A stretch of DNA of 64,000 bases from an uncultured Actinomycetes bacterium (GCA_963725665.1 CAVRZA010000004.1:192001-256000); one strand, 5' to 3'. Shown: positions 10,032 through 19,797, numbered from the stretch's first letter. Numbers and translations are program-made. Notes: generated by a model not told the origin, from the sequence alone.

Positions 10032-10844
10032 TCACGCGACGACGCACCGCATCCCCGCGCGCTCTATCTGCTCGCGCGCGGGCTCCTCGACGCTGTCGTC
10101 TATCACGACCACGTCGACCTGGTCCGCGCGACAGATCACCACGTCGGCGACCACGCCGATCTTGCTGCGGTCGGCGAGCACGATCACCTCGCCGCGCGTG
10201 TGGTCGATCATCGCGCCTTCGATGCTGGCCATGGCGAGGCTCGGTGTGGTCACGCCCTCTTCGAGGTCGAACCCGTCGGCGCCGATCAACGTCTTGCCGG
10301 CGCGGAAGCGTTCCAGGTGCTCGAGGGCCGGCGGACCCTCGACCGCGTTCGTGCGCGGGCTGTAGAACCCGCCCAGCAGGATGAGCTCGAGGCGCAAGCC
10401 TTGGGCCTCGGTCACGGCGCCGACGTTGTGCGTGATCACCCGCGCCTGGAGCGCGGGATCGACGTGGCGCAGAACGCGTGCCGCCGTGGTGCCGTTGCTC
10501 AGGAACACCGTCTCGCCGGGCTGGATCATGGCCGCCGCCGCCTTGGCGATGCGCCCTTTCTCCTCCGTGTGCGCCGCCGCGCGCTCGACGTAGAGCGGCT
10601 CTTCGAGCATATGGCGCTTGAGGATCGCGCCGCCGTGGGTGCGCAACAGCATGCCCTCGGCTTCGAGCCGCTCGAGGTCCCTGCGGATGGTCATCTCCGA
10701 GACGCCGAGATCCTCGCTCAGCGACGAGACGCGCACCTCGCGCCGCTCGTTGAGGATCTCGACGATGCGCACGCGGCGCCCGGCTGGGATCATCTCACGG
10801 ACCTCAGGGACTCCTGTCGGTGACACTGGTTCCCTTGTGCTCAT
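10032..10844 (-). CDS. DeoR/GlpR family transcriptional regulator
   Basis: HTH VSEMTIRRDLERLE, RTHGGA, EKGRIAKAAA, GTT motif; start codon uncertain. Confidence 0.92.
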   Translation of the reverse strand: MSTREPVSPTGVPEVREMIPAGRRVRIVEILNERREVRVSSLSEDLGVSEMTIRRDLERLEAEGMLLRTHGGAILKRHMLEEPLYVERAAAHTEEKGRIAKAAAAMIQPGETVFLSNGTTAARVLRHVDPALQARVITHNVGAVTEAQGLRLELILLGGFYSPRTNAVEGPPALEHLERFRAGKTLIGADGFDLEEGVTTPSLAMASIEGAMIDHTRGEVIVLADRSKIGVVADVVICRADQVDVVVIDDSVEEPAREQIERAGMRCVVA

Positions 10845-10878
10845 GGTTGCCGCCCGGCGATTCCGAACATAGTCGCAC

Positions 10879-10889
10879 ACATCATAGCA
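10879..10889 (-). promoter_or_regulatory. Extended -10 promoter (TGCTATGAT) for the deoR-led operon; the 9-mer ACATCATAG recurs at 10980-10988
   Basis: Minus strand reads gtgCTATGATgt about 35 nt upstream of the deoR start. Confidence 0.45.
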
Positions 10890-11046
10890 CTCGCCGACCG
10901 GATTCAAGCTGTGCAGTTCTGGGAGATGTTGGGCGGCCCTGCCGGGTGTTGAGAGTGGCAGACTAGTCGAAAAGTCTTGACATCATAGGAGCCGAGGAAG
11001 AAGGTTGCGCCGACAGGTTTGGCCATGCTGAGCATTGGGGGTCTCT

Positions 11047-12690
11047 ATGGCAGACGCCATGTCCACACCACCGACCGGCAGCGGTCCTCCGGGGGGCGCG
11101 CCAGTCCTCGACGAAGACACCAAGCAGCTCCACGAAATGGGCTACGCCCAGGAGCTCGACCGCCGCATGAGCGGCTTCTCCAACTTCGCGATCTCTTTCA
11201 CCATCATCTCGATTCTGTCGGGCTGCCTCACCGTCTACTCCTTCGGTCTGCAACACGGCGGCCCGCCGGTCATCAACTGGGGCTGGCTGGGCGTCGGCAC
11301 CATCGTGTGCTTCGTCGGCCTGTCGATGGCCGAGATCTGCTCGTCCTACCCGACGGCCGGTGGCCTCTACTACTGGTCGGCCAAGCTGGCGCCCGGCAAG
11401 AGCGGGCCTTGGTGGTCGTGGTTCACCGGCTGGTTCAACCTGCTGGGGCAGGTCGCCGTCACGGCCGGCATCAGCTTCGGCTGCGCCTTCTCGTTCGCGG
11501 CCTTCCTCGCCGAGTACACCAACCAGAGCTACTGGCTGTCGCCGGGGCACGTCCTCGCCGTCCTGTTCGTCGTCCTCGCGTTCCAGGGCCTGTTGAACAC
11601 CTTCAGCATCCGCCTGGTGGCCCTCCTGAACGACATCTCGGTCTGGTGGCACCTCATCGGTGTGGCGGTCATCGTCTTTATCCTGTTCTGGGGGCCCGCG
11701 AAGACGGCAAACGCCAACTCGTTCTCGTTCATGTTCGGCAGCGAGGGGTGGAACGCGTTCGCGGGGCTCTCTGGATTCACGATGCCCGTCTACGTGGCGC
11801 TGCTCGGCCTTCTGAACGCGCAGTACACGTTCACCGGCTACGACGCCTCGGCCCACGTCTCCGAGGAGACGATCAAGGCGAACGTCGCCGCCGCGAAAGG
11901 CATCTTCAACTCCATCTGGGTCTCGCTCATCGCCGGCTTCATCCTGCTCGTCGGCGTGAGCTACGCGATCCCGGACTTCTCGCACCCGGTCAAGTTCGCG
12001 GGGTCGGTGATGACGGACTATGCCTCGTTCGCCGTGGTGTACCCCTGCTGGGCGGCGACCTTCGTTGACGCGGCCGGCAGGTCGGCGGCCCTGCTACTCA
12101 TCCTGGTGGTCGGCGTGGCGCAGTTCTACTGCGGCATGTCGTCGGTCACGGCCAACTCGCGCATGATCTACGCGTTCTCACGCGACGGCGCCGTCCCCGG
12201 TCATCGCCTCTGGCACACGGTGAGCAAGAAGCGGCGCGTCCCCGTCGCCTCGGCCTGGTTCGGCGCCGTGGGAGCGTTCCTCATCTCCATCCCCTACCTG
12301 TGGAACTACACCGCCTACAACGCGGTGGTGGCCACGGCCGTCGTCGGCCTCTACATCGCCTACATGATCCCGGTGATTCTGCGCCGCATCAACTCCAAGG
12401 CGTTCGTGCCGGGCCCGTACAAGCTGAACCCGACGTTCAGCTTCGTGATCAACTGGATCGCCATCATCTGGGTGGTGTTCATCTGCATCGTGTTCCTGCT
12501 GCCGCAGTGGTCACCGATCACTGTCAAAACGTTCAACTACTCGCCTGTCATTGTGGCGGCCGTCATCGGGTTCGCCGGCATCTACTGGTTGGTGAGCGCT
12601 CGCAAGTGGTTCAAGGGACCGAAGGTCCAGGGCACGGCCGAAGAACTCGCCAGGATCGAGCGCGAGCTCACCGAGTTCGACGTAACGTAA
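11047..12690 (+). CDS. APC superfamily permease, ACT-type (amino acid/choline/GABA)
   Basis: LHEMGYAQELDRRMSGFSNFAISF, MAEICSSYPTAGGLYYWS, GYDASAHVSEET, SRMIYAFSRDGA; about 12 TM segments. Confidence 0.9.
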   Translation: MADAMSTPPTGSGPPGGAPVLDEDTKQLHEMGYAQELDRRMSGFSNFAISFTIISILSGCLTVYSFGLQHGGPPVINWGWLGVGTIVCFVGLSMAEICSSYPTAGGLYYWSAKLAPGKSGPWWSWFTGWFNLLGQVAVTAGISFGCAFSFAAFLAEYTNQSYWLSPGHVLAVLFVVLAFQGLLNTFSIRLVALLNDISVWWHLIGVAVIVFILFWGPAKTANANSFSFMFGSEGWNAFAGLSGFTMPVYVALLGLLNAQYTFTGYDASAHVSEETIKANVAAAKGIFNSIWVSLIAGFILLVGVSYAIPDFSHPVKFAGSVMTDYASFAVVYPCWAATFVDAAGRSAALLLILVVGVAQFYCGMSSVTANSRMIYAFSRDGAVPGHRLWHTVSKKRRVPVASAWFGAVGAFLISIPYLWNYTAYNAVVATAVVGLYIAYMIPVILRRINSKAFVPGPYKLNPTFSFVINWIAIIWVVFICIVFLLPQWSPITVKTFNYSPVIVAAVIGFAGIYWLVSARKWFKGPKVQGTAEELARIERELTEFDVT

Positions 12691-12738
12691 GTCATCCAAT
12701 TGCCGTGTGAGCAGACCTCACCCGACAGCCCCGAGTGT

Positions 12739-12780
12739 GCGGACGGGCGGCGCGGCAGCGCCGCCCGTCCGCTTTGTTTT
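12739..12780 (+). terminator. Intrinsic terminator
   Basis: 15-bp perfect stem followed by tttgtttt. Confidence 0.85.
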
Positions 12781-12835
12781 GCAGCTTGGGCGGCGGTATC
12801 GTAGCCTGCGCGACGCTGAGAGCCGAGGAGGGGTC

Positions 12836-13456
12836 ATGACCGAGCCGCGCGAGATCGCCGACACCGCCAAGGAGGTCGTCCCCGGCCTCTTCCACTGGCA
12901 GATCCGCAACAGCAGCATCGGGGGCGGCATATCGAGCTCCCACGCCCTGCAGGTCGACGGGGAGAGCGTGTTCATCGACCCGGTGCGGCTCGGTAACGAC
13001 GCTCTGGCCGCCTTACCCCGGCCCAGGGCCGTCCTCCTCACCGCGAGATGTCACCAGCGCTCGGCGTGGCGCTACCGTAAGCACTTCGGGCTGGAGGTCT
13101 GGCTGCCCGAAGACGCGTCGGCCGCCGACGAGGAGCCCGACCGCCGCTACGCGGAGGGCGATGTGCTGCCCGGCGGGCTGCTGGTAGTGCGGACGCCGGG
13201 CCCCGAATGGCCGCACTACTCGTTCGTGCGGCAGGACGAGCCCGGCGTCCTTTTCTGCTCCGACCTCATCTCTCACGATGGCGCGGGGGAGCTGCGCTTC
13301 ATCCCCTTCGAGTACCACGAGGATCCCGCCGCGACGCGGCGCAGTGTCGGGAAGCTCCTCGACCTACAGTTCTCGATCCTTTGCCTGGACCATGGCGAGC
13401 CGCTCGTCGACGAGCCCAAAGAGGCTCTGCGGCGGCTGCTCGAGGAGACGGCCTGA
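12836..13456 (+). CDS. MBL-fold hydrolase-like protein
   Basis: VFIDP, LLTARCHQR, TPG, LFCSDL, LDHG; RBS GAGGAG. Confidence 0.7.
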   Translation: MTEPREIADTAKEVVPGLFHWQIRNSSIGGGISSSHALQVDGESVFIDPVRLGNDALAALPRPRAVLLTARCHQRSAWRYRKHFGLEVWLPEDASAADEEPDRRYAEGDVLPGGLLVVRTPGPEWPHYSFVRQDEPGVLFCSDLISHDGAGELRFIPFEYHEDPAATRRSVGKLLDLQFSILCLDHGEPLVDEPKEALRRLLEETA

Positions 13457-13519
13457 CCGCCCTCCTGAGCTGCCGCCCGGAGCCTAGTGCGGCCCGGATC
13501 GCCGCCTCCTTGACCTGAC

Positions 13520-13744
13520 TTAGCCACCCCCGATGGGCGGGAAGAGGGCTACCGTGTCGCCGTCGTGCAACTCGTCGCTGAGTTCGGCGTGACGGCCGTT
13601 GACGAAGCGCAGGAGAGCCTGCTCTGGGCCGATGCCTAGGTCGGCAATGAGGTATGCCAGCGACGACCCGTGGGGGAGGTCGCGCGCCTGAGTCTCGAAA
13701 CGACCGTCACGCAGGGTGGCGTGGAGCTTGATCGTGACCCGCAC
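13520..13744 (-). CDS. MoaD/ThiS family sulfur carrier
   Basis: VTIKLHATLR...VNGR...DGDTVALFPPIGGG (C-terminal GG); GTG start after GGAGG. Confidence 0.88.
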   Translation of the reverse strand: MRVTIKLHATLRDGRFETQARDLPHGSSLAYLIADLGIGPEQALLRFVNGRHAELSDELHDGDTVALFPPIGGG

Positions 13745-14402
13745 GGGCCCCTCCGGTGCTTTCGCCTCGCGAAGATGAGGCCGGTGCGGCTCGTGCCACG
13801 AGCCGCACCGGCCCCTCGGGCAGCATGTCGGCGAGGCCGGCGTCGAGGGGGAGGCGGAGCGCCCGCCCGCCGAGCTCGACACGGCGGGCGCTCCGCCAGA
13901 AGCGCTCTGGTCTTGCGTTGAGGAACGCGACCAGATCGTCAGACTCCACCGACACGCCTCGCGCGAGCAGGCGTTCGCCCAGCAGCGGCAGAACGGTGTT
14001 GAAGAGGCACACCTTCACGGCCCCCCGGCCGGCGCCCTGACCATCCCGTTGAGGGCCCGATCGGTCGCCCTGCGGCAGGGTGATGCTCTGCCGCATGGTA
14101 GCCAACACGCCACCCCGCCGCAGGCAGGCGCCCGCCAGGCCGGGCAGCGCTCCCGAGAGAGCGAGACGCGACCCGGCGTCGAGAAAGCAGCCGTCGAGGT
14201 CGTCGACCGGGTGACCGTCGACGCAGACCGTCTTCACGCGCCGCTCGATCTCGTCGACCGACAGTCCCAACCGCCCGTGCAGGAACTCCCGCGGCGTACA
14301 TGGCTCCGCGACCGCTACGCCGACCCCCGTCATCAGCAGGGGCAGGAACTCGGCGACGGGCACCGCCTCGAAGACGAGCAGCAGCTCGGCCCGCTCCTCC
14401 AT
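13707..14402 (-). CDS. Hypothetical protein in the AOR operon
   Basis: Good RBS (GGAGGAGG); lies between aor and moaD; central VDGHPVDD...RLALSGALPG segment is reminiscent of a ubiquitin-like fold. Confidence 0.65.
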   Translation of the reverse strand: MEERAELLLVFEAVPVAEFLPLLMTGVGVAVAEPCTPREFLHGRLGLSVDEIERRVKTVCVDGHPVDDLDGCFLDAGSRLALSGALPGLAGACLRRGGVLATMRQSITLPQGDRSGPQRDGQGAGRGAVKVCLFNTVLPLLGERLLARGVSVESDDLVAFLNARPERFWRSARRVELGGRALRLPLDAGLADMLPEGPVRLVARAAPASSSRGESTGGARAGHDQAPRHPA

Positions 14403-14448
14403 GGGCCTCCTCCGCAGCGACGTGGCCTGCTCGACCCGGTCGTCCCTC

Positions 14449-16185
14449 CTACCAGCTCATGACCGCGTCGAGATCCTCGTCGGTCACTTCGAAGGTCAGG
14501 TCGTGCGGCGCCAACGGCTCTTTGGAGAAGAACGCCGGCAGCCGGTCGTCGGCCGACGTGAAGCCGGCCCGCCGGTTGAAGTCGCGCTCCGTCTCGAGGA
14601 TCTTCTTGCCCAGCGCCGTGACGTCGTCGCCGCTGACGGTCGTCCCGCTGAACGCTCCCAGCAGCTCGAGCAAAGCGTCGAAGGTCTCTGGCTGATCGAG
14701 GACGGCAAACGCGATGAACAGGCACATGCCCGTCGCATCGATGGCCGCCGTGGCGATCTGCAGGCTGCGCGAGAGGTCGGCCTGCCCCTCCGGCTTGAGC
14801 GGGTCGACGAACCCTCCGACCTTCAGGATGTTGGTGGCTATGGCGTAGCCGGCCGTATGGTCAGCGCCCATCGGGCTGGTCGCGTAGGTGACGCCGATCC
14901 CCTGGATGGCCCGCGGGTCGTAGGCCGGCAACGCCTGCCCCTTGACCACGGGCACGTGTTCGACGCCGAGCACCCGGCCGGTGACGGCCGCGCCGCTGCC
15001 GATGATGCGGCCGAGCGGCGTGCCCTCGCCGACCTGCTTGAGCAGGTCGATCGCGCCCGGACCGTCGCCGAACTCGAGCAGCCCGGCGTCCATGGCGACG
15101 GCGATGGTCGTGCCCATCTCGATGGTGTCCAGGCCGATGTCGTCGTCGAGCCGGTCGAGCTGGGCGATGATGTCGAGGTCGTCGATGCCGCAGTCGGCGC
15201 CGTGCGCCCACACGGTCTCGTACTCGGGCTGCTTGGTGACGTAGTTGCCGTCCTTGTCGTTGAAGATGCCCGAGCAGCGGATGACGCAGCCGCTGTTGCA
15301 GGCGTGGGTGGCCAGCCCGCCGCGCTCGATCTCGAGGGCGGCTTCGGCCTCACCGCTGACCCGGGCGGTGCCGGCGAACACGCCGACGCGGAAGTTGTCG
15401 GTGGGATAGCCGCCAGCCTCGTTGATGATGTTGGCCAGGACGTTCGTGCCGTAGGCCGGCAGGCCCTCGCCTGTGACCGGATGCTTCTTCAGCCCCTCGA
15501 TCCAGGCCTTGTTCGCGGCCGCGAAGCGCTCCGGCTCCTTGGGTTGGCGACGCGTGGTGCCGGTGGCATCGAGGACGATCGCCTTGACTCCCTTGGCGCC
15601 CATGACCGCACCGACGCCGCCGCGCCCGGCATGACGCGTCGGATGCAGCTCCATGTCGGTGCAGGCGATCGATGCGGCGCTCAGGCGCATCTCGCCGGCC
15701 TGGCCGATGCACATGGCGGCGATCTTCTCGCCGAACTCCTGCTTGAGGCGCTCGACGGTGTCGTAGGTGCCGAGGCCGCGCAGATAGTCGGCCGGGCGCA
15801 CCTGCACGCCGTCGCGCGACACGATGATCAGGAACAGCGAGCCCTGGGCGGGTTTGCCCTCGAGGACGATGGCGGCATAGCCGAGCTTGGCCAGGGCGTC
15901 GGCCACCTCGCCACCTGCGTTCGATTCCTTGATGCCCCCGGTGAGCGGGCTCTTGCAGCCGACGGACAGGCGCCCGGACATGGCCGCCGTGCTCCCGCTC
16001 AGCATGCCGGGGGCGATGACGAGCTTGTTGTCGGCGCCCAAGGGATGAGCGTCGGGTGGGACTTCGCGGGCGACGACGGTCGAGGTCATGCCTCGGCCTC
16101 CCAGACCGTCGTAGTCACCAGGGGGCGCTGTACGCGCGCGGGGCCCTCCTTCGGCGGACATGTCGATCCTCAGAACCGTGTCCAT
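14449..16185 (-). CDS. aor: Aldehyde:ferredoxin oxidoreductase (W/Mo-pterin AOR family)
   Basis: ILRID-like start, GLGGRG, KSPLTGGIKESNAGG, AGRGGVGAVMGAKGVKAI, CNSGCVIRC, PEYET, PAYDPR; start moved to MDTVLRID. Confidence 0.93.
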   Translation of the reverse strand: MDTVLRIDMSAEGGPRARTAPPGDYDGLGGRGMTSTVVAREVPPDAHPLGADNKLVIAPGMLSGSTAAMSGRLSVGCKSPLTGGIKESNAGGEVADALAKLGYAAIVLEGKPAQGSLFLIIVSRDGVQVRPADYLRGLGTYDTVERLKQEFGEKIAAMCIGQAGEMRLSAASIACTDMELHPTRHAGRGGVGAVMGAKGVKAIVLDATGTTRRQPKEPERFAAANKAWIEGLKKHPVTGEGLPAYGTNVLANIINEAGGYPTDNFRVGVFAGTARVSGEAEAALEIERGGLATHACNSGCVIRCSGIFNDKDGNYVTKQPEYETVWAHGADCGIDDLDIIAQLDRLDDDIGLDTIEMGTTIAVAMDAGLLEFGDGPGAIDLLKQVGEGTPLGRIIGSGAAVTGRVLGVEHVPVVKGQALPAYDPRAIQGIGVTYATSPMGADHTAGYAIATNILKVGGFVDPLKPEGQADLSRSLQIATAAIDATGMCLFIAFAVLDQPETFDALLELLGAFSGTTVSGDDVTALGKKILETERDFNRRAGFTSADDRLPAFFSKEPLAPHDLTFEVTDEDLDAVMSW

Positions 16186-16439
16186 GGGCACCTCCCGTGA
16201 ACGGTGGACCACCCGGCGGCGGCTCCGGTCCCGGCTCCTGCCGAGAAGTAGGAGCGCCGGAGGACGGTTCACGACGGACCCGCATATGTTAGTAATCCTC
16301 AGACTACTCCCTGGGCCGTTCATCGGGAAGCGTTCTCGCGTGCTACGGCGCCCTGCAGGTGGGGTGCTAGGATGAGCGCGTAGGCGGCCCCGGCGCCAAG
16401 GGCGCCGGGGCCGCCGGTTCGCCAAGAGGGGAGGGTGAC

Positions 16440-17238
16440 GTGGCCGAGCGTAAGAGCGAGGCCGACCGTCGGGGCGAGGCCGAACACGTGCGCCGCAACA
16501 GGGCGGCCTGGGCCGAGTGGGCGAGCGACTTCGTCGGCCCAGGCGAGCGCGCGTGGGCCAGTGAGGAGCCGTACTGGGGCATCTGGGCCATCCCCGACTC
16601 CGAGCTGCACGTGCTTCCCGCTCGAGCTCGCCGGCAAGGAGGTCGTCGAGCTCGGCTGCGGCACGGGCTACGTGTCGGCGTGGCTTGCCCGTCGCGGCGC
16701 GCGACCCGTCGGCGTTGATGTCTCCCCGGAGCAACTTGCGACGGCCCGGCGTCTGCAGGAGGAGCACGGCCTCTCCTTCCCCTTGCTCGAGGTCAGCGCC
16801 GAGCAGCTTCCCTTCCCCGATGCTAGCTTCGATTTGGCCATCTCCGAGTACGGGGCGAGCATCTGGGCCGATCCCTACCGGTGGGTCCCCGAGGCGTCGC
16901 GGGTGCTTCGCGTCGGAGGGCAGCTCATCTTCCTCGTGAACGGCACCATCATGATGCTCTGCACCCCCGACGACGCCGACGCGCTGCCGTCGGATCGTCT
17001 CGTGTGCGACTACTTCGGCATGCATCGCTTCGAGTGGCCCGGTTGGCCCTCGGTCGAGTTCCACCTCGGCTACGGCGACTGGATCAGGCTCCTGCGCGCC
17101 AACGGGTTCGAGGTCGAGGACCTGCTCGAGTTGCGTCCAGCAGAGAACGCGACCACCGATTTCGACGACATCGTGAGCCTCGAGTGGGCGCGGCGCTGGC
17201 CCTGCGAGGAGGTCTGGAGGGCGCGCAAGCGGGGTTGA
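16440..17238 (+). CDS. Class I SAM-dependent methyltransferase (one +1 frameshift near 16620)
   Basis: N-terminal NRAAW...WGIWAIPDSELHVLP in one frame, continuing as ELAGKEVVELGCGTG...FPDASFD in another. Confidence 0.8.
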
Positions 17239-17278
17239 GGGAGTGGGGCGCGGCGGCCGATGGCCGCCGCGCCCCAAC

Positions 17279-17324
17279 GAAAAGGGCGCCCGCGGGGCCG
17301 GCATTGCCGGCCCCGCGGGCGCCC
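17279..17324 (-). terminator. Terminator of the csp gene (20-bp perfect stem plus U-tract on the minus strand)
   Basis: gggcgcccgcggggccggca-t-tgccggccccgcgggcgccc preceded by an A-run on +. Confidence 0.8.
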
Positions 17325-17337
17325 GTGAATCCGTGCC

Positions 17338-17535
17338 TCAGACGGGCCGGACGTTGACCGCCTGAGGTCCCTTGCGGCCCTCGGTCACGTCGAACTCGAC
17401 GGTCTGGTTCTCAGACAGGGTGGCTACGCCGGGAGCGAGGCCGTTGACGTGCACGAACACGTCCTCGCCCTCTTCCTGCTCGATGAACCCATAGCCCTTC
17501 TGGCCGCTGAACCACTTCACTTTGCCCTGCGTCAA
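17338..17535 (-). CDS. csp: Cold-shock protein
   Basis: GKVKWF, KGYGFI (RNP1), DVFVH (RNP2), GPQAVNV. Confidence 0.95.
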   Translation of the reverse strand: MTQGKVKWFSGQKGYGFIEQEEGEDVFVHVNGLAPGVATLSENQTVEFDVTEGRKGPQAVNVRPV

Positions 17536-17832
17536 CTTCTACTCCTCGTCTCGTGAGCGTGTCCGCGGCGACGTGTCGAACCAACGATGCGCGCTCGTCA
17601 CTATGGGCGCTGCCTACGATCGCGGGTGCGCCGCAAACAGGCGGCTCACTATACCGTGTTCCCGGCGGCGAGGAAACCGGGGGCCGTCAAGACGGTCGCT
17701 GCCTAAGGCACGGGAGCGTGGTCATCGAGGCGCGCGCAACGCAAAGCGCACTTGCGTAGAGAGCCTCGTCCAGCCATGCTTACACGTCTTGGATAGAATC
17801 CCGCGGGCGGACCGCGATGAGAAAGGAACTGC

Positions 17833-18132
17833 ATGCCGAGCGTGAGAAGACGAACCGAGAAGAAGCGGACCGGGCCGGGCGTCGGCTCGCGCCGGCGCTA
17901 CTGCCACTTCTGCAAAGAGAAGATCGACGTGATCGACTACAAGGAGTTCGGGGCGCTGCGCAAGTTCATCAGCGACAGGGGCAAGATCAAGTCGCCGCGC
18001 ACCACCGGGACCTGCCGGCGCCACCAGCGCCAGGTGGCCGTCGCCGTCAAGCGGGCCCGCGAGATGGCCCTTCTTCCCTACGTCTTCGCGGCCCCGGACG
18101 CGGAGAGGGGCGGTCGTCGGCGCCCTCGCTGA
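17833..18132 (+). CDS. rpsR: 30S ribosomal protein S18
   Basis: [42 protein letters not shown]. Confidence 0.93.
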   Translation: MPSVRRRTEKKRTGPGVGSRRRYCHFCKEKIDVIDYKEFGALRKFISDRGKIKSPRTTGTCRRHQRQVAVAVKRAREMALLPYVFAAPDAERGGRRRPR

Positions 18133-18174
18133 CCGTCGCCTCTCTGAGCCACTGACGTCGGGCAGGTCGCTGCC

Positions 18175-19608
18175 ATGAAGGTCCGCCTCATCGAGCCCGC
18201 GCCGCGGGGCATGAACACGTTCAGCATGATCCTGCTCCCCCGCCTCGGTCTGCCCATTATCGCCACGACGCTCAGGCAGCAGGGGCACGACGCGAAGATC
18301 TACGCCCCTCAGATGGCGCCGGTCGTCTGGTCCGACGTCTACGACGCCGACCTGGTCGGGATCACGACGACCACCTCGACGGTGACCGACGCCTACCGGT
18401 TCGCCGACGACGTGCGCTCCCGCGGGATCCCGGTCGTCATGGGCGGCTCGCACGTGACGTTCATGGCCGATGAGGCTCTCGAGCACGCCGACTACGTCGG
18501 GCGCGGCGAGGGAGGCGAGCAGCTCATGCCCGAGCTGATCGAGGCGCTTGGCGGAGACCGTGAGCTGGAGAGCATCAAGGGCCTGTCGTTCCGCCGTGAC
18601 GGCGAGGCCGTGCACAACGAGCCGCGCGGCTTCTGCACGAAGCTCGAGGATCTGCCGTTCCCCGACATGACGCTGATCCACGGCCACGAGAACCTGCACA
18701 CGACGCCGATGATGACGAGCTGGGGATGTCCCTTCAACTGCCACTTCTGCTCGGTCACGGCGCTGTTCGGCAGGAAGTACCGCTATCGCAGCGCGGACAG
18801 TGTGCTCGCCGAGCTGCGCGAGAAGCGGCCGCGCAAGGTGTTCTTCTACGACGACAACCTGGCCGCCAACAAGCGCCGGCTCAAGGAGCTTCTGCGCAGG
18901 ATGATCGCCGAGGACCTGGTCACGCCGTGGTCGGCGCAGGTGCGCGTCGACGTCGCCAGGGACGAGGAGCTGCTCGAGCTGATGCGCGACTCGGGCTGCG
19001 TGATGGTGTACCTCGGTCTGGAGTCGGTGAACCAGGAGACGCTGGACAGTTACGACAAGCACCAGACCGTCCAGGACATCGTCGACGGCGTGCGGGCGCT
19101 GCATCGCTACGGCATCATGAGCCACGGCATGTTCGTCGTGGGGGCCGACTCCGACACGCGCCAGACCATCCAGGATACCGTCGACTTCGCCAAGAAGAAC
19201 GGCATCGACACGATCATGTTGAGCGCGCTCACGCCGCTTCCCGGCACCACGACCTTCCGCGAGCTCGACGAGCAGGGCCGCATCTTCGACAAGCGCTGGG
19301 AGTTCTACGACTCCCACCACGTCGTCTTCCATCCCGCCACGATGTCGGCCCACGAGCTGCAGCTCGAAGCCCTGAAGGCCTATCGTCGCTTCTACTCCAG
19401 GGGGCAGTGGCTCAAGTACCTTCTGACCTTCCGCTTCACGAGGCTCCTCTTTCAGACCTGGGGGATGTACATCAGGGCGAACTGGCTCCGGAACGAGGAC
19501 AACAAGGCTTTCATGACGTCGGTGCAGGAGGCCTCCGCCCGGCGTGCGCTGGCGCCCGCTCGGGCTCCGGACACTCCCGAGCCGGCGGCTCCCGGCTCCC
19601 CTTCCTGA
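18175..19608 (+). CDS. B12-binding domain radical SAM protein
   Basis: PRLGL, VMGGSHVT, GEGG, CPFNCHFC (CxxxCxxC), FYDDNL, GLES, TPLPGT. Confidence 0.92.
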   Translation: MKVRLIEPAPRGMNTFSMILLPRLGLPIIATTLRQQGHDAKIYAPQMAPVVWSDVYDADLVGITTTTSTVTDAYRFADDVRSRGIPVVMGGSHVTFMADEALEHADYVGRGEGGEQLMPELIEALGGDRELESIKGLSFRRDGEAVHNEPRGFCTKLEDLPFPDMTLIHGHENLHTTPMMTSWGCPFNCHFCSVTALFGRKYRYRSADSVLAELREKRPRKVFFYDDNLAANKRRLKELLRRMIAEDLVTPWSAQVRVDVARDEELLELMRDSGCVMVYLGLESVNQETLDSYDKHQTVQDIVDGVRALHRYGIMSHGMFVVGADSDTRQTIQDTVDFAKKNGIDTIMLSALTPLPGTTTFRELDEQGRIFDKRWEFYDSHHVVFHPATMSAHELQLEALKAYRRFYSRGQWLKYLLTFRFTRLLFQTWGMYIRANWLRNEDNKAFMTSVQEASARRALAPARAPDTPEPAAPGSPS

Positions 19609-19797
19609 GGTCCACCGGGCCGGCGCGGCGCAGCCTTCGCGACGGCTGCTTCCGCTTCTTCCTACCGCTCTCGCCGCTGCTCGCCACCGCTCTGCGCTCT
19701 CGCCACCGCTCCCGCCGCTGCTCTTCGCCACCGCTCCTGCCCGCCTTGGGGTATCGTTGCCGGCGGATCCCGCGCAGGCTTCGCTTGGAGGTAGACG

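Noticed and set aside
6443-11046. Cobalamin riboswitch near the corrinoid genes
   Set aside because: No B12-box or cobalamin riboswitch core motifs seen in the intergenic stretches.
14449-17304. 951-aa AOR with a long N-terminal extension
   Set aside because: The extension is antisense to the methyltransferase gene; the real start is at 16185 with an RBS.
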